From contig NC_092389.1 in the NCBI RefSeq assembly GCF_030028105.1, positions 26,909,308 to 26,973,307 on the forward strand: a stretch of 64,000 bases of DNA, in the 5' to 3' direction. Made by a program: the position numbers and the translations under genes. This DNA is from Mobula birostris. Lineage: Eukaryota. Shown piece by piece: positions 61,864 through 64,000 of this stretch (position 1 is its first letter; each line of letters starts with the position of its first letter). The notes beneath the pieces were generated by a model. That model saw only the letters and a program-made list of their open reading frames with translations, was not told the origin of the DNA and did no database searches.

Positions 61864-62414
61864 TATTTTATATCAGGCTGTAAGCTGCAGCTGAATGCAA
61901 CTTCTAAGAGAGATAGTGGTAACACAGATCTTGCCTTCAAATCTTCATTTTCTAGCTCTTTTCAAAACTTGAGGAAAATAGCTGGGATTGAAAATCAATT
62001 GTATTTAGTAAACACTGAACGTCTTCACATTCACTGCTTTCAGGAATCAGCCTCCAGCTTTCCCGAAAACAGCGTGGAAAATGGGTGCCAATTTGCAATT
62101 AACATAATCACCTCCATAAAACCCTGAAATGACTAATCAGACTTTAGTGAGTTCATTTTATACAATCTAACACATCAGGTGACTGTGCTATTTCAACTGA
62201 CACATGTAACACACTCACCCAAAGGCCTTCACAGCAAGTCCTGAACTTATTTCAACACAGTTATGACTGGGTTCCACCCCCTCAAGACTTCTAACTGTAA
62301 AAATGATAGCTCTGAAACTGTCCCACAGGACACTGACTTGCAAGTATTGTTCTTAAATAAACTTACTTCAGTGCAATCTTCCTGAAGTTCCCTGACTGAT
62401 ATTAACTATCAGTT

Positions 62415-62514
62415 GGAATCAAGATGAAGGGCAGCAGCCCGAAATGTCAACTGTTTATTCTTTTCCTTAGTTGCTGCCTGGCCTGCTGAGTTCCTCCAAC
62501 ATTTTGTGTGTGTG
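62415..62514 (+). mobile_element. PLE pLTR fragment with a broken hammerhead core
   Basis: AAGATGAAGGGCAGCAGCCCGAAATGTCAACTG..GCTGCCTGGCCTGCTGAGTTCCTCC. Confidence 0.75.
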
Positions 62515-62935
62515 ACAATACCTCTTCTGAGCTTTCAAATCCCTCTGTATCTTCTTCACGTTCTACAAATGACCAACATTTTGCCACTTCAGCTGCCAAA
62601 GCACAACCTAGAATTCTCCCCCTAATTCTCTCCCTCTACTCTTTCCACGTCTGTGAATTTTAATAATCATTAGGGTGCTTTCATCATCTCACTGCTATTT
62701 GTTTCGATGGTAAATTTTGATTAGCTATATTCACTTAAAGAATTTGCAATCATTTTATGAGTTTAAAGGTGAAATATAATTCAAGTTATTGATGTGGTTG
62801 AACTGAGCCATTGTAACAAGAAAAACCTATTTTCACCATTCACCCTCTGTGATCCTCTCAGGATCTTGTATGTTTCAATCCAGTAACCACCAATAGATAA
62901 AAGCTCAACACATCCAACATTTCTCATTCCAGGTA

Positions 62936-63539
62936 CTGATCAAAAAGGCGCAACAGCACCTTTATTTCCTGCGGAGCATCAAGAAAGCTCACCTCTGTCC
63001 CAGGATACTGACGGACTTTTACCGCTGTACCATTGAGAGCATACTCACCAACTGCATCTCAGTGTGGTATGGCAATTGTCCTGTATCGGACCGCAAGGCA
63101 CTCCAGCGTGTGGTGAAAACTGCCCAGCGGATTACCGGCACCCAATTGCCCACCATTGAGAACATCTACCATAAACGCTGCCTGGGCAGGGCAAAAAGCA
63201 TTATCAAGGATGCATCTCATCCTAACCATGGACTTCTTACTCTCCTCCCATCCGGTAGGCACTACAGGAGCCTCCACTCACGCACCAGCAGGCAGAGGAA
63301 GAGTTTCTTCCCTGAGGCTGTGATCCTGCTGAACCTCACATCACAGCACTAAACAGCATTGCATCCGTATTGTACTGTCTCAGTACTTTTATATTTGTGT
63401 ATTGTAGCACTTACTTTTTATTCGCAGTTATTTTGTAAATAACACTATTCTTTGCATTTCTGGTCAGATGGTAACTGCATTTCATTGGCTTTGTATCTGT
63501 ACTCGGCACAATGAGAATAAAGTTGAATCTAATCTAATC
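62936..63539 (+). mobile_element. Young Rex1/Babar 3' fragment inserted in a minus-strand CR1 remnant (about 62840-63690)
   Basis: LIKKAQQHLYFLRSIKK..SFFPEAVILLNLTSQH, with an (AATCT)n tail. Nearly identical to 45699-46306 in reverse. Confidence 0.92.
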
Positions 63540-63744
63540 CGGCAAATCCTCTCTGAACTGCTTCCAAATCATTAATATTCTTCCTTAAGTAAAATGACCA
63601 ATAACTGTGTACAGTATTTCACAAAACACATAGCCTTCATCCCACCAAACTAGCAATTTACTTTGAATGGTAAATATAATTGCCTGCCAAAGCTTGAGCG
63701 GGAGGCATTTTTCTTCCATTGATCTACCCAGATTACAGATGTAC

Positions 63745-64000
63745 TTAAAACTGATAGAGCTCTGAGGTGTGTGGTAGAAAAAGGGACCTGCGAATACACA
63801 TCCATAGTTCCTTATAAGAGGTATTACAGGTAGACAGAGTCGTCAAGAGAGCTTTTGGCACATTGGGCTTCATAAATCAGGGCACTGGGTACAGGAGCTG
63901 GAATGTTGAGTTGAAGTTTTACAAGACATTGGTGAGGCCAAATGTGCAGTATTGTGTGCAATTCTGGTCAACTACCCACAGGAATGATATCATTAAGCAG
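63745..64000 (+). mobile_element. CR1 ORF2 fragment (continues past the window)
   Basis: RDLRIHIH..QVDRVVKRAFGTLGFI..YKTLVRPNVQYCVQFW. Confidence 0.85.

Noticed and set aside
26893-62514. CRISPR-like array from the recurring GCTGCCTGGCCTGCTGAGTTCCTCCAGC repeat
   Set aside because: The copies are dispersed, on both strands and kilobases apart. They are PLE terminal repeats in a eukaryotic context, with no spacers or cas genes.
1-64000. Host protein-coding genes from the ORF track
   Set aside because: All recognisable ORFs are transposon fragments or their antisense frames. The rest are short and show no family motifs.

Overview
Eukaryotic, repeat-dense, apparently non-coding DNA (intron or intergenic) from a vertebrate. 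It is most likely a cartilaginous fish (ray/shark). That is inferred from HE1/V-SINE-type SINEs, Deu-domain SINE remnants and elasmobranch-type CR1 3' ends; no database search was run. I could not support any host protein-coding exon, and every recognisable ORF in the track is transposon-derived. Contents: CR1, Rex1/Babar, L1, Tx1, L2 and RTE LINE fragments, two kinds of Penelope-like elements (PLEs, GIY-YIG), tRNA-derived SINEs, a solo LTR, and Tc1, pogo/Tigger and hAT-type DNA transposon derivatives, often nested. The most notable signal is a set of PLE terminal repeats carrying minimal type I hammerhead ribozyme motifs, one of them intact at 54740-54777. Several sit in small fold-back (inverted) insertions flanked by 13-15 bp target-site duplications that overlap the element ends. 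Coordinates of old, degraded repeats are approximate.
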